Assembly (NCBI RefSeq): GCF_044324875.1
Contig: NZ_CP172185.1
Length of the DNA stretch: 64,000 bases
Strand: one strand, 5' to 3'
From: Escherichia coli
Lineage (GTDB): Bacteria; Pseudomonadota; Gammaproteobacteria; Enterobacterales; Enterobacteriaceae
The translations under genes and the position numbers were made by a program. The notes under the pieces are model-generated. The model had not been told where the DNA came from and did not search any database. It was given only the letters and a program-made list of their open reading frames with translations. Every line of letters begins with the position of its first letter. Positions within the stretch are counted from its first letter, which is position 1. Positions 22,871 through 34,493 of the stretch are shown here, piece by piece.

Positions 22871-24864
22871 GATAACTTCCTGTTAATCACGCAATCCGGG
22901 TTAGCCGTCAGACTTCCGGTATTACCGTTGATTTCAAAACCCTGAACCTGGCGCATTTGTGAGAAATGATTTGCCAACGACCAGGCATCGACGCCCATCG
23001 CATACATGCGAGCCAGCGAATAATCGTTGTTCACCGCGCTGAGCGCCTGCTGCATTAACGGCAGATTACCGCCTGCCAGCATCGGGATTTCGCTGTACTG
23101 CAAGCCTTCCATCTCCAGACGGAAATCCGGGCCTGCGGTGCCTTGTGCGCTGCGGGAACTGGCGTACAGCGTTGCACCGCTCTGGCTACCGTTACGCATG
23201 GCGATCATCGGTTTGATAAAAGCGATTTCACCCGGCGTTGCCACAATGTAGACCGCATCGACACGACCGCCATTATTGGTGAACTGGTCATCGGTTGGCG
23301 TGGTTTGCAGCGTTGGATTGTTGGTCGTCATGCCGGAGTCGGTTGTCGCTCTGGGAGTAATCGGGCTACCCGTTAAAGCAATACCAGAACCGCCGTTAAC
23401 ACCCGCGCGTAATTCGCTGGTGGAACCAAATTTTTGTTGCAGAACGGTGCCGCCACCCAGTTTCTGCCACTCTTGCGCAAACGCATTGGCTACGCGATCG
23501 CCCAATGAACTGCGCGGGATCAGCACCAGCGGCGCTTGTTTACCCTGGTCACGAATATGACGCGCTGCATCGCGCGCTTCGTCTTCCGGCGAAAGCGCGA
23601 AGTAACAAATATTGACGCGGTTTTCGATATTCTCCGGCTGGTTCAGTGCCAGCACGTTCAGCGGAGTGTTGCTCTTCAGCAACTCTTCAACGTTATTTTT
23701 CAGCAACGGACCGACCACAATACTCGCGCCATCCTGCTGAACCTGGCTTAAGATCTGGCTAAGTGGTTGTGATGAGGTATCGTAGATTTTCAGCTCTGCG
23801 GATGGATTTGCGGGTGCGCTTACCGCTGCGGTGCTTGTCGCCGGGGCGCTTACAGGCACCGGCTGGGCCGCAGGCTGTTCACCGGTCAGATCGCTAACCG
23901 AGGCTTGTGCCGGGCTGGCAACGCCATCCACGGTTTGCGGCTGAGGTTGTTCTGCTACGTCTGCGGCAGGTGCGGCAGCTACCTGGGCCGCCACTGGCTG
24001 AGTGCCGATATTTTTCGCCGCTTCAAAGCCTTGCTGAATAGTGCGACCAAATACCGCTGCCTGGCCATTCAGTGGCAACAGCAGGGCGATTTTGTTGGTC
24101 GATGCGGGTTTAAACGCTTTTACGTTGACCAACTGCGTTGGCAGCATTTTCGCGCCCGGGTTGTTCGGATAACGTTTCTGCCAGTCGGCGATCCCGGCTT
24201 TCATCATGTCGGGATCGTTACGGTTATCAAACCAGATGCGCTGCAGATCCAGCCAGCCTTGCAGAATATTTTCGTCGGCATTGATCACCAGCGTATTCGC
24301 CTGTTCCTGAGTCATGGAGGAGAGCGCCTGCCAGGTGGCGTCAATATTCTGCTGCTTTTCTTTCGCACCGAGCAGCGGTTCCTGAGCAATTAACGCGCGC
24401 AGTAAATCAATGGAAGGACGCCCCTGGCTGGCATCGATTTTTGCCTGCCAGTAACGCGCTTGCTGGTTTTGTTCTAAATCTGCAGGTGTGATTTTCGCCA
24501 GCAAGTTTTGCGCGCCAGCAAAATCTTTCTGCGCCAGTTTAATCTCTGCCGCCAGCAGTGTTTTCTCGCGACGCTGAGAATCGTTCAGTTCTTGCGGTAG
24601 TTGGTTAAACAACTCCACCGCCTGTCCGGTTTTACCTTCTTTCACCAGTGCACGAATGGCGAGTAATTGCCAGTTGATCCTGGTATCATCAGAACTTTGC
24701 TGCATCTGTTGCAGGTAAAAGGCAGAATCAGCCTGCGCCGTGCCCTGCATATAAGCAGTGGACTGATCGGGAGTATGGGTGCCACAACCGGCGAAAATCA
24801 GGGCTGCCAGAACAACAGGCAGACAACGCGCGGCTTTCAAACGAGAAAATGTTGAGGGTACCAT
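22828..24864 (-). CDS. lpoA: Penicillin-binding protein activator LpoA (678 aa)
   Basis: Lipobox LIFAGC, TPR-like N-domain, Pro/Ala/Gln-rich linker and C-terminal substrate-binding-like domain; internal ATG chosen for canonical length. Confidence 0.9.
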   Translation of the reverse strand: MVPSTFSRLKAARCLPVVLAALIFAGCGTHTPDQSTAYMQGTAQADSAFYLQQMQQSSDDTRINWQLLAIRALVKEGKTGQAVELFNQLPQELNDSQRREKTLLAAEIKLAQKDFAGAQNLLAKITPADLEQNQQARYWQAKIDASQGRPSIDLLRALIAQEPLLGAKEKQQNIDATWQALSSMTQEQANTLVINADENILQGWLDLQRIWFDNRNDPDMMKAGIADWQKRYPNNPGAKMLPTQLVNVKAFKPASTNKIALLLPLNGQAAVFGRTIQQGFEAAKNIGTQPVAAQVAAAPAADVAEQPQPQTVDGVASPAQASVSDLTGEQPAAQPVPVSAPATSTAAVSAPANPSAELKIYDTSSQPLSQILSQVQQDGASIVVGPLLKNNVEELLKSNTPLNVLALNQPENIENRVNICYFALSPEDEARDAARHIRDQGKQAPLVLIPRSSLGDRVANAFAQEWQKLGGGTVLQQKFGSTSELRAGVNGGSGIALTGSPITPRATTDSGMTTNNPTLQTTPTDDQFTNNGGRVDAVYIVATPGEIAFIKPMIAMRNGSQSGATLYASSRSAQGTAGPDFRLEMEGLQYSEIPMLAGGNLPLMQQALSAVNNDYSLARMYAMGVDAWSLANHFSQMRQVQGFEINGNTGSLTANPDCVINRKLSWLQYQQGQVVPAS

Positions 24865-24928
24865 AATGTATCCAGTGATATTTTTTTTACGCAATGCTCA
24901 ATATTAAATCGGCAATACGGACGACACA

Positions 24929-25792
24929 ATGAAACAACACCAATCGGCGGATAATTCTCAGGGCCAGCTTTACATTGTACCGACGCCAATCGGCAATCTG
25001 GCGGATATCACCCAGCGTGCGTTGGAGGTATTACAGGCCGTTGATCTGATTGCCGCCGAGGATACGCGTCACACCGGTTTATTGCTGCAACATTTTGGGA
25101 TTAATGCTCGGTTGTTTGCGCTGCACGACCATAACGAACAACAAAAAGCCGAAACGCTGCTGGCGAAGCTGCAAGAGGGGCAAAACATTGCGCTGGTTTC
25201 CGATGCCGGAACGCCGCTAATTAACGATCCTGGCTACCATCTGGTGCGTACCTGCCGTGAAGCGGGGATTCGCGTGGTGCCGCTACCCGGGCCGTGTGCT
25301 GCTATCACTGCGTTAAGCGCCGCGGGTTTACCATCCGATCGTTTTTGTTATGAAGGCTTTTTACCTGCCAAATCAAAAGGCCGCCGTGATGCGCTAAAAG
25401 CCATTGAAGCGGAGCCGCGCACGCTGATTTTTTATGAATCTACCCACCGTCTGTTAGATAGCCTGGAAGATATCGTTGCGGTATTAGGCGAATCCCGCTA
25501 CGTGGTTCTGGCGCGTGAGCTGACCAAAACCTGGGAAACCATTCACGGCGCGCCCGTTGGCGAGCTGCTGGCGTGGGTCAAAGAAGATGAAAACCGTCGC
25601 AAAGGCGAAATGGTACTGATTGTCGAAGGCCATAAAGCACAGGAAGAAGACTTACCCGCCGATGCCCTGCGCACGCTGGCGCTGTTGCAGGCAGAACTGC
25701 CACTGAAAAAAGCGGCGGCGCTGGCAGCAGAAATTCACGGCGTGAAGAAAAATGCGCTGTATAAGTATGCACTGGAGCAGCAGGGAGAGTGA
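24929..25792 (+). CDS. rsmI: 16S rRNA (cytidine1402-2-prime-O)-methyltransferase RsmI
   Basis: Tetrapyrrole-methylase-fold protein; translation matches YraL/RsmI. Confidence 0.92.
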
Positions 25793-25841
25793 TTACAGGC
25801 GTCGCAGCAGGAATAGCGTTGCAACGCCTGTAGCAGGCGAG

Positions 25842-26609
25842 TTAACGACGACACATCTCATCAATCATGCATGTGAAATAGTTATGCAGCCATAAAAATG
25901 AAGCCGGGATAGCGGTAGAGACTTTAGCCGTGAGAAAACGTTCTGTCGCATCCTGCTTTCCTTCGCCAGTCACCAGTAACAAAACTTCGCGGGCATTGAG
26001 AATATCCTTCAGGCCTAAGGTGATCCCACGAGTCACGGGACGGCCCGCAGTTTTTAACATCTCATGTTGCTGTGTTCTGGCATCAAGTTGACTGATATGG
26101 CAGGCCGGTTGCAGGTTTTCTCCCGGTTCGTTCAGCCCAAGATGACCGTTTTTCCCCAATCCGAGAACGCATAAATCCAGACCGCCTTTGCGCGCAATCA
26201 GGTTCGTTACCCGTTCGCACTCTGTCTCATTTATCTCTTCGGAGCGAAAGCTGATGAGTTGGTCTTCACGCAGCCCCAGCGGCTGCACGATATGCTGTTG
26301 TAGGAAAGTTTCGCAGGTGCCAGGCATCGTTAATGGCAGATCCACCCATTCGTCGAGCTTCACGAAGGTGAGCTGGCTGACATCAACCTGCTGCTGGTGG
26401 ATTTTTTCTACCAGATAATGATACGTCAGTAATGGCGTGGCTCCGGTCGCCAGGCAAATCACGGCATCCGGTTTGCTACGGATCACGGCCAATAAATATT
26501 CGCTGGCACGTTCACTTAACGCCATATAGTTTTCAACTTGCTGAAGGGTTTGCACAGGATGAAATTCCTTAAGTAAAGAGGCACCACCAGACGCAGTGCC
26601 TCGTTCCAT
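25842..26609 (-). CDS. agaI: Galactosamine-6-phosphate isomerase/deaminase AgaI
   Basis: NagB-family fold; last gene of the agaSYBCDI operon; N-terminal start not verified. Confidence 0.85.
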   Translation of the reverse strand: MERGTASGGASLLKEFHPVQTLQQVENYMALSERASEYLLAVIRSKPDAVICLATGATPLLTYHYLVEKIHQQQVDVSQLTFVKLDEWVDLPLTMPGTCETFLQQHIVQPLGLREDQLISFRSEEINETECERVTNLIARKGGLDLCVLGLGKNGHLGLNEPGENLQPACHISQLDARTQQHEMLKTAGRPVTRGITLGLKDILNAREVLLLVTGEGKQDATERFLTAKVSTAIPASFLWLHNYFTCMIDEMCRR

Positions 26610-27401
26610 TTACAAAATTCCGAATGCGGAACAAACAATAGAGAGCACAAAAGTCACGCCGATTAACAGCACCGGATGCGCTTTTTTCACCCGCAGGAAG
26701 TAATACATCAGCAGGGTGTAGGCCATCGGTAAAATATTCGGGAAGACTTTATCGAAGAAATCCTGCTGCAGCGCGACGCTGTGGGTACTGTCGATGTCAA
26801 ACGATGTCACCACGTTAATATGAACATACGAAGCGATCAGCCCGCCGATTACCGTGATCCCGAGGATGGTTGCCGAACGGGCAATCATCTGCGAGTTCTC
26901 TCGCACTTTATCGATCGCCTTCACGCCGACTGAATAACCGACGTGGGTCCAGCCGACGCGCAGGAAAAAGATAAGCAGGTAAACGGCGAAAAATAGAATC
27001 GGCCCCAGCAAGTTTCCCTGGCTGGCAAATGATGAGCAAATTCCCGCCATAATCGGCAATAAGGTAAACCAGAAAATCGCATCGCCAATCCCGGCGATTG
27101 GGCCAAACAGTGCTACTTTGAGGCCTTTAATGGTGTCGCGGTTTTCTCCTTTTTCTTCCATCGAAATTAATAACCCCATCAGGAATCCGACCAGATTCGG
27201 GTGGGTATTAATAAATTCGAGGTTATCTTTCATCGCCGCGCTTAGGCCCGGTTTGTCGTCCTTATAAATCTTTTTCAGGATCGGCAACATCGCCCAGGTA
27301 AAACCGCCCGCCTGCATCCTTTCGTAATTAAAGCTCGCTTGCAGCAGTGACGAACGAAAGCCCAGACGGGTGATATCTTTTTTACTGATTTCAGATCCCA
27401 T
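26610..27401 (-). CDS. agaD: PTS galactosamine-specific EIID component AgaD (263 aa)
   Basis: Mannose-family IID membrane protein; internal ATG (MGSEISKKDI...) chosen; track ORF extends upstream into agaC. Confidence 0.88.
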   Translation of the reverse strand: MGSEISKKDITRLGFRSSLLQASFNYERMQAGGFTWAMLPILKKIYKDDKPGLSAAMKDNLEFINTHPNLVGFLMGLLISMEEKGENRDTIKGLKVALFGPIAGIGDAIFWFTLLPIMAGICSSFASQGNLLGPILFFAVYLLIFFLRVGWTHVGYSVGVKAIDKVRENSQMIARSATILGITVIGGLIASYVHINVVTSFDIDSTHSVALQQDFFDKVFPNILPMAYTLLMYYFLRVKKAHPVLLIGVTFVLSIVCSAFGIL

Positions 27402-28194
27402 TGCTGTAGTCCTCTTCTTCATTTTTACTGGCAACGGGCTGCGGTTGCGCTTGCTGCCGGGATTTCGCATTGAAAAACTCATACACCGCAAAGCCTGCGC
27501 CCAGTACGGCAACCGGCAACAGGTTGCTGACCTGGATGTAGCAAACAAACAGGAAACCGGCGATCAGGTAAGGGATATATTGCGCTTTGAACATCACGCG
27601 CAGCAGCAAGCCAAAACCAACGGCAGGCAGAATACCGCCAGCCACTTCAAAGCCGTGGGTCAGCCAGGCGGGCATCGCTTTCACCAGCGCCTGCATCGCC
27701 CCCTGTGCCAGGTAAGTACAGAGGAAAGCAATCACCGCATACGCTGAAGCGACGATGAGCATCGTTGTCCAGTTAAGTCGGGAAAACGCTGCCGTATCCG
27801 CCTCTTTTGCGCATTTATCGGCTTTGGTCATAAATAATGAGAAAGCGGAATAGAAGAACAGAATGACGTACTGCATTAACAAACTAAACGGCAGGCCAAG
27901 ACCAATTGCCGTTTTGGCATCAACGCCCGTAGACCATGCAATGACAGTGGTCATCAGACCCGCCATAATCGGGTTGGGCGGCTGAACACCACCTGCAGGG
28001 GTTAATCCGGCGAAAGCCAACTCTGTCAGACCACCGGTAATTAAGCCAGTCTGAATATCACCGAGAATAGCGCCAGTTAGGGTACAAACGATTATCGGGC
28101 GGAATAAAAATAAGGCTTCCAGCCAAAAATCAATCCCCAGAACGAAAACTAACGCCGCCAGGGATAATCCCTGAAGTAGGGTTATTTCATGCAT
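27391..28194 (-). CDS. agaC: PTS galactosamine-specific EIIC component AgaC (267 aa)
   Basis: Mannose-family IIC membrane protein. Confidence 0.9.
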   Translation of the reverse strand: MHEITLLQGLSLAALVFVLGIDFWLEALFLFRPIIVCTLTGAILGDIQTGLITGGLTELAFAGLTPAGGVQPPNPIMAGLMTTVIAWSTGVDAKTAIGLGLPFSLLMQYVILFFYSAFSLFMTKADKCAKEADTAAFSRLNWTTMLIVASAYAVIAFLCTYLAQGAMQALVKAMPAWLTHGFEVAGGILPAVGFGLLLRVMFKAQYIPYLIAGFLFVCYIQVSNLLPVAVLGAGFAVYEFFNAKSRQQAQPQPVASKNEEEDYSNGI

Positions 28195-28232
28195 TTTTAT
28201 TACCTCAAACCAATATTAAGGCGATTTTAGAT

Positions 28233-28709
28233 TTAGTCAGGGATTTGTTCTTTTTGATCGCCAGGGACGTCCTGAATGAAAACATTCACGCCACGTTGTT
28301 TAATAAAACGTAAGTCCGTGAGATCCTGGTCATCGACATAAACTTTACTGCTGATTTGCTTTTTCCCTTCCGAGAAATGCATATTGCCGACGTTGACATC
28401 TTTCAGGTCAATACCACCTTCTACCAATTTACGTACCGTTTGTGGCGTACGGCAAATCAGGAAGATCTTTTGATGCGGTGCAGCTTTGCCGATGACGTTA
28501 ATGGTTTTTTCGATAGTAAAGAAACGAATGCCAAAGCCGTAGGTTTCTGCGGTAATACTCATTAATTTCTGTTGAATATCATCGTTAGCGACAACATCAT
28601 CCACAACTACCAGCAGATTTGCACCGATGGTAGATGTCCAGGTCACGCCAACCTGACCGTGAACCAGACGGTTATCAATACGGGTTAAGAGAATATTTGG
28701 ACTGCTCAT
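28233..28709 (-). CDS. agaB: PTS galactosamine-specific EIIB component AgaB (158 aa)
   Basis: Mannose-family IIB (MSSPNILLTRIDNRLVHGQVG...). Confidence 0.9.
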   Translation of the reverse strand: MSSPNILLTRIDNRLVHGQVGVTWTSTIGANLLVVVDDVVANDDIQQKLMSITAETYGFGIRFFTIEKTINVIGKAAPHQKIFLICRTPQTVRKLVEGGIDLKDVNVGNMHFSEGKKQISSKVYVDDQDLTDLRFIKQRGVNVFIQDVPGDQKEQIPD

Positions 28710-28875
28710 TGTGTAATCCTCACCATAAAGTTGAATAATATAATTTTTTTAAATATATTATTGTTGCGATATTTTACTGATGTATTTATTAAGGTTTAGT
28801 TATCTCCTTTACCATTAAGGCACTCCCCGATATTAATCGGGAAGTACATTGGGATAAATCATAAAAAACTAATGA

Positions 28876-29748
<873 letters not shown>

Positions 29749-30903
29749 TTATGCCTGCCACGGATGAATGATTACGCCTTGCACCACGCGGTTAACGGTG
29801 CCACTGGCTGATGGGGTATCCGGCGTATTGCCCATGTGCAGCGACTGCATCAGTGCAAACGTCTGGGCGTACATCAGGAAGCAAAATGCCTGCTCAACGT
29901 CGATAAAGTGACGTGACGGTGGCAGGATGATATGTGGACCGGCAGCGACGATGTCGCTGCTTTCCGCGGCGATGGCGATTACACGCATTGCCTGGTTGTC
30001 ACGGCGAAGTTCAGCCAGCAGATCAAGATCATACTGACGGGTGTAAGGGTGGCTGGAGACAAATACCACCACCAGCGTTTCGTTATCGACCAGCGATTTC
30101 GGGCCATGACGGAATCCGGTCGGGGAATCATAAAAGGCCGCCAGTTTACCCGCCGTCAGTTCCAGTACTTTCAGCGCCGACTCGCGTGCTGCGCCCTGTA
30201 AGCCACCGCTGCCGAGATAAACGATCCGTTTCCACGGTGCGTAACCAAACACACCTTCGCTGAAATCGCCCAGTGAGGTCAGGATCGCCTGGCAACGATC
30301 CGCCACGTCGCGGAAGCTCTGGCTGTTGATCGTCTCAGGTGCGAAAACCGCGAGGCAGCTGGCCATCATGGTGGTAATGCTGCTGGTCATCGCAAAGCCG
30401 CGATCGTGCGTTTCTGCGGGCATCAGCAGGGCAAACGCGTTGTCGCTGTTGATCGCGTTTTGGTAAAGAGCGCCCGCTTCGTTGCAGGTGATCGGCAGGT
30501 GATAGCACTCGGGTACAAATTGATTTGCCAGTTCCACGGCGGCGACGCTTTCCGGGCTGTTGCCGGATCGACCGAAGGAGATCAACAGCAGTGGATGAGC
30601 TGGATTCAGGTAGTCCATCGGATTGGTGACCAGATCGGTGGTCGGTACGGCGCTGAAGTTTTTACCGGTATGGCTGGCGAGCCACGGCGCGATGATGTCA
30701 CCGATAAATGCCGAGGTTCCGGCTCCGGTCAGGATTACCCGCAGATTCTCTTTGCGCAGTAACGGTTCAAGGAAGTTATTGAGCGCGGAACGTAGCGCGT
30801 CGATGTTGGTGAGTGAACGGATCCATGCGCGAGGCTGATGGCGGATCTCTTCTTCAGTCCATGTACCGGTTGCGGCAGCAGCAGGGGTGTAATTTTCTGG
30901 CAT
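29749..30903 (-). CDS. agaS: SIS-domain galactosamine-6-phosphate deaminase/isomerase AgaS (384 aa)
   Basis: Tandem SIS domains; first gene of the agaS operon. Confidence 0.92.
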   Translation of the reverse strand: MPENYTPAAAATGTWTEEEIRHQPRAWIRSLTNIDALRSALNNFLEPLLRKENLRVILTGAGTSAFIGDIIAPWLASHTGKNFSAVPTTDLVTNPMDYLNPAHPLLLISFGRSGNSPESVAAVELANQFVPECYHLPITCNEAGALYQNAINSDNAFALLMPAETHDRGFAMTSSITTMMASCLAVFAPETINSQSFRDVADRCQAILTSLGDFSEGVFGYAPWKRIVYLGSGGLQGAARESALKVLELTAGKLAAFYDSPTGFRHGPKSLVDNETLVVVFVSSHPYTRQYDLDLLAELRRDNQAMRVIAIAAESSDIVAAGPHIILPPSRHFIDVEQAFCFLMYAQTFALMQSLHMGNTPDTPSASGTVNRVVQGVIIHPWQA

Positions 30904-31122
30904 AACTCAATCCTTAGTCTGATGAACTTGACGTCGGGCGTTGTCGCTTTCGCTTACCTTTCGTTTCATTTCATTTGGTGATGTCTTTCGTTGATTAAAA
31001 TCTATAGAAAAGAAACTGAAAGTTCAATGGAGAAAAAAGAAATAAAACGAAATTTGTGATCGTTGAAAGAAAAGACAAGGGAAGATTAAAGAATTGCATG
31101 ATGACGTTGCTATGTGCACCGA

Positions 31123-31180
31123 TTGCCGGATGCGGCGTACCGTAGGTCGCATAAGACGCGTCAGCGTCGCATCCGACACC
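31123..31180. repeat. REP-type palindromic element in the agaA-agaS spacer
   Basis: gccggatgcggcg...cgtcgcatccgaca inverted REP cores. Confidence 0.5.
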
Positions 31181-31253
31181 GCTGCACAGATCAAAAAGAA
31201 AGAAAAAGAAAGGCCTTACGGGGGAAGTGAAGGCCCAATAAAGGAGCAAACCA

Positions 31254-32408
31254 TCAAAACGAAGCTAATTGACCCTGAATCCAGATTTGTTGCACATGCA
31301 GCCCGCTATCCAGCGCAACGACGCTGGCGCGTTTGCCCGGTTTAAGCGATCCCAGAACATCATCAACACCCAGCATACGCGCCGGATGCAGCGACGCCAT
31401 ATGGATGGCTTCCGCAGGCGTTACGTCCGTCAACTCGACCATATTGCGCACTGCCGCATCAACAGACAGCGTACTGCCCGCCAGTCCACCGGACGCGGTA
31501 CGGACAACGCCACCGTGCATCTGCACTTCTTCGCCACATAACGTATAGCGACCATCCGGCATCCCGGCTGCCTGCATCGCGTCGGTGATCAGCACGATTC
31601 TCTCTTTTGCACAGCAACAACACAGCGACATCGCCGCCGGATGCACATGATGACCATCGGCTATCAGTTCCAGCCAGGCGCGCTTGTCCGTTAATCCCGC
31701 GCCAACCATTCCCGGTTCGCGGTGATGTAAACCTGTCATCCCGTTATAGCAATGCACCAGGCCGTCGGCACCAGCGTCAAACGCGGCACGGGTTTGTTGC
31801 CAGGTCGCCGCGCTATGCCCCAGCATCACCCGTACGTTTTGCTGTTTAAGATGGCGGATGGCCTGCAATGCCCCTTCTTTTTCCGGTGCCAGCGCTACCA
31901 CGCGCAAGGTGTGCTGAGAAACGGCAATCAATTGATCCAGCTCGGCAATTTCCAGCTCGCGAAACAGCTCCGGCGGATGCGCGCCTTTATTCTGCGGCGT
32001 GAAGTACGGTCCTTCGAGATAACTCCCCAGTACTTGCGCACCAGGTCCGCCGCGTTGGCAACGTTGAGCAATACGTTTCAGCGCCGCATGAATGGTATTA
32101 AGCGGCGCGGTTACGGTGGTCGGTAACCAACTGCCGACACCTTCGCGTGCCTTGTGCATTGCCAGCTTGTCGAGCACATCCGGCGCGTCATCCATTACAT
32201 CAACGCCCGCACCACCGTGTACATGGGTGTCGATGTAAGCGGGGCAGAGCAGTTCCGCATCGCGTTCAGTCACGCCCACTGGAATCGGTTCGATTGCTGC
32301 GATTACACCGTCAGCAATACGCAACTGATGGTCATCGAGCCATCCCTCTTCAGTCAGCAGCCTTCTGGCGCGCAAAACGGGTGTCATATTCCTTCCTCGA
32401 CCGGACAT
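31254..32408 (-). CDS. agaA: N-acetylgalactosamine-6-phosphate deacetylase AgaA, full length
   Basis: NagA-family amidohydrolase with metal-binding His motifs; full-length here (K-12 carries a truncated agaA as I recall); start may be an internal ATG. Confidence 0.88.
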   Translation of the reverse strand: MSGRGRNMTPVLRARRLLTEEGWLDDHQLRIADGVIAAIEPIPVGVTERDAELLCPAYIDTHVHGGAGVDVMDDAPDVLDKLAMHKAREGVGSWLPTTVTAPLNTIHAALKRIAQRCQRGGPGAQVLGSYLEGPYFTPQNKGAHPPELFRELEIAELDQLIAVSQHTLRVVALAPEKEGALQAIRHLKQQNVRVMLGHSAATWQQTRAAFDAGADGLVHCYNGMTGLHHREPGMVGAGLTDKRAWLELIADGHHVHPAAMSLCCCCAKERIVLITDAMQAAGMPDGRYTLCGEEVQMHGGVVRTASGGLAGSTLSVDAAVRNMVELTDVTPAEAIHMASLHPARMLGVDDVLGSLKPGKRASVVALDSGLHVQQIWIQGQLASF

Positions 32409-32818
32409 TCTTCATGGCAGCGGCCTAACTCGTCCACCAAACTGGTCAGCCCACGGTGTCCACACTCCAGCGCCTGCACACGGAACTCTTCACCGCTTAA
32501 CCCTTCGCGCTCCAGCACCATCTCCAGTAGCAGTTGCAAATTGGTGCCGGTGATCACTTCACAGCCCGGTTTTTGCATCGCCAGCGTTGAAGCTACGCGA
32601 AACGGCGTGCCGCCCAGCAAATCTGTCAGAAAAACAATGCCGTCTTCACAATCCAGTTGGGCGAAGGCCTCTTCAAGCTGCGATGTAAGCAGCGCGGTGC
32701 TTGAGGTTTCCGGAAAATCGATGGCGATAAACTGCGATTGCTCGCCGAGGATTTGCTTCATTGCTTTTTCCATGCCGCTGGCAAATCCGCCATGCCCTGT
32801 CAAAATAATACTTAACAT
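32384..32818 (-). CDS. agaF: PTS N-acetylgalactosamine-specific EIIA component AgaF (144 aa)
   Basis: Mannose-family IIA domain (MLSIILTGHGGFASG...). Confidence 0.85.
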   Translation of the reverse strand: MLSIILTGHGGFASGMEKAMKQILGEQSQFIAIDFPETSSTALLTSQLEEAFAQLDCEDGIVFLTDLLGGTPFRVASTLAMQKPGCEVITGTNLQLLLEMVLEREGLSGEEFRVQALECGHRGLTSLVDELGRCHEECPVEEGI

Positions 32819-32835
32819 CTAATACCTCATTGTAT

Positions 32836-33720
32836 TTAAAGGAAATGACAGAATTTACCGACGATACCGAGAACCACGGTAACTGCAATCAGGCGCAGCG
32901 GACTCCAGCCGCGGCGTACCAGCCAGAACATGGTCAGGGTGTAGACCAGCGGTAAGAAGGCAGGCATCAGTTTGTCGATAACATCAGCCTGTAACTTAAC
33001 CACTGCATCGCCAGCGGTGATTTCCAGCGTGGTGCTTAAACGAACATAGGTTGCTACCAGCGCGCCGATTACCGTCATCCCAACGATTGACGCAGCATGG
33101 CCGACTTTTTTGGTATTCGCTTTAATGAGTGGAATCGCCGCCACGCCCATGCGGTAAGCATAATGCGCCAGACCAAAACGCAGCCCCAGGTGTACCACGT
33201 TAAACAGCACAATAAAGACGACTGCGCCAAGAATAGAGCCTTGTAGCGCGAGGCTTGCGCCTATCCCGCCACAAATCGGCAGTAGCGTTAGCCAGAACAT
33301 CGCATCGCCAATCCCGCCGAGCGGCGCACCGACGGCAATTTTGGTGCTCTGAATACTGTTAACGTCCTGCTTAGAACGCTCCATCGCAAGGATAATGCCG
33401 ATAACAAACGTCACCAGAAACGGATGGGTATTGAAGAAACCCATATGCCCTTTCATGGCGCGCGCCAGGTCGCGTTTATTAGTGTGGATCTTTTTCAGAG
33501 CAGGCAGCAGACCGTACAACCAGCCAGAAGCCTGCATACGTTCGTAGTTAAAAGACGCTTGTAACAGCATGGAACGCCAGGCGACGCGGTTGATATCTTT
33601 TTTCGTCAGCTCTGCGCCAATGCTCTGATCTTCATAAACGTTTTCATTAACGCCTGTCAGCAGTGTTTCTTCGTTTTCACTGACGTTCGGCAGGGTGGTT
33701 TGATTAGATGCCATCTTCAA
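32836..33720 (-). CDS. agaE: PTS N-acetylgalactosamine-specific EIID component AgaE
   Basis: Mannose-family IID membrane protein, paralogous to agaD. Confidence 0.88.
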   Translation of the reverse strand: MKMASNQTTLPNVSENEETLLTGVNENVYEDQSIGAELTKKDINRVAWRSMLLQASFNYERMQASGWLYGLLPALKKIHTNKRDLARAMKGHMGFFNTHPFLVTFVIGIILAMERSKQDVNSIQSTKIAVGAPLGGIGDAMFWLTLLPICGGIGASLALQGSILGAVVFIVLFNVVHLGLRFGLAHYAYRMGVAAIPLIKANTKKVGHAASIVGMTVIGALVATYVRLSTTLEITAGDAVVKLQADVIDKLMPAFLPLVYTLTMFWLVRRGWSPLRLIAVTVVLGIVGKFCHFL

Positions 33721-34483
33721 ATTCCTCTTTCTGTGCCGCAGGTTGAGTCGGTTCAGGAGATTTACGCAGCAGGTCGATCAGCGCCATCGCCAGCGCGGCG
33801 GCAGCAATAGCCAGCACCGGTAACTTGAGCCAGGCTGCGGCAACAAAGCCCAGGATGAAGTAGGGGATGTAGACGTTTTTCATCATGATTTTCAGCAGCA
33901 CGGCAAAACCGATTGCTGGCATGATGCCGCCCGCGACGCCGAGGCCGTCGATTAATCGTTGCGGCAGGACATCAATGATGGTTTTGGCATGTTCTGCGCC
34001 GAAGTAGATAGGCAGGAAAGCGCAGAGAAAATAGAAAGTGCCGAGTGCCAGCAGTGCCAGATAGTTCACGCGTTCAATGCCGTGTGTATCGGCGTTCTCC
34101 GCCATCCGGTCGCAGCGGGACATTACGCCAGACATCACCGAGAACAGGAAGGTAATCCCCATCTGTACTGCGACAGCGAAAGGTACGGCGACACCGACCG
34201 CGACATCGGGTTTCACGCCAGTAGTAATGGCAAACGCCGTGCCGACGATAGTACCGATAATCACGTTAGGCGGTTGTGCGCCTGCCAGCGGGGCCAGCCC
34301 CATCCACACCAGTTCCAGCGTACCGCCGGTTAAAATACCGGTATGCAGATCGCCAAGTACCAGCCCGACTAACGGGCCGAGGACCACCGGGCGGTGCATA
34401 TGGGTTAAGCCGTTAAACATATCCAGGCCAGCGATAAAGGCGATAATGCCCAACGCGAATGCCTGCAACAGACTGATTTCCAT
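33704..34483 (-). CDS. agaW: PTS N-acetylgalactosamine-specific EIIC component AgaW, full length (259 aa)
   Basis: Mannose-family IIC membrane protein, paralogous to agaC. Confidence 0.88.
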   Translation of the reverse strand: MEISLLQAFALGIIAFIAGLDMFNGLTHMHRPVVLGPLVGLVLGDLHTGILTGGTLELVWMGLAPLAGAQPPNVIIGTIVGTAFAITTGVKPDVAVGVAVPFAVAVQMGITFLFSVMSGVMSRCDRMAENADTHGIERVNYLALLALGTFYFLCAFLPIYFGAEHAKTIIDVLPQRLIDGLGVAGGIMPAIGFAVLLKIMMKNVYIPYFILGFVAAAWLKLPVLAIAAAALAMALIDLLRKSPEPTQPAAQKEEFEDGI

Positions 34484-34493
34484 GATGAATCCC

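Noticed and set aside
30995-31249. 84-aa ORF in the agaA-agaS spacer
   Set aside because: Lies within operator-like repeats and a REP element; low-complexity translation (FFFFLF...), no RBS.
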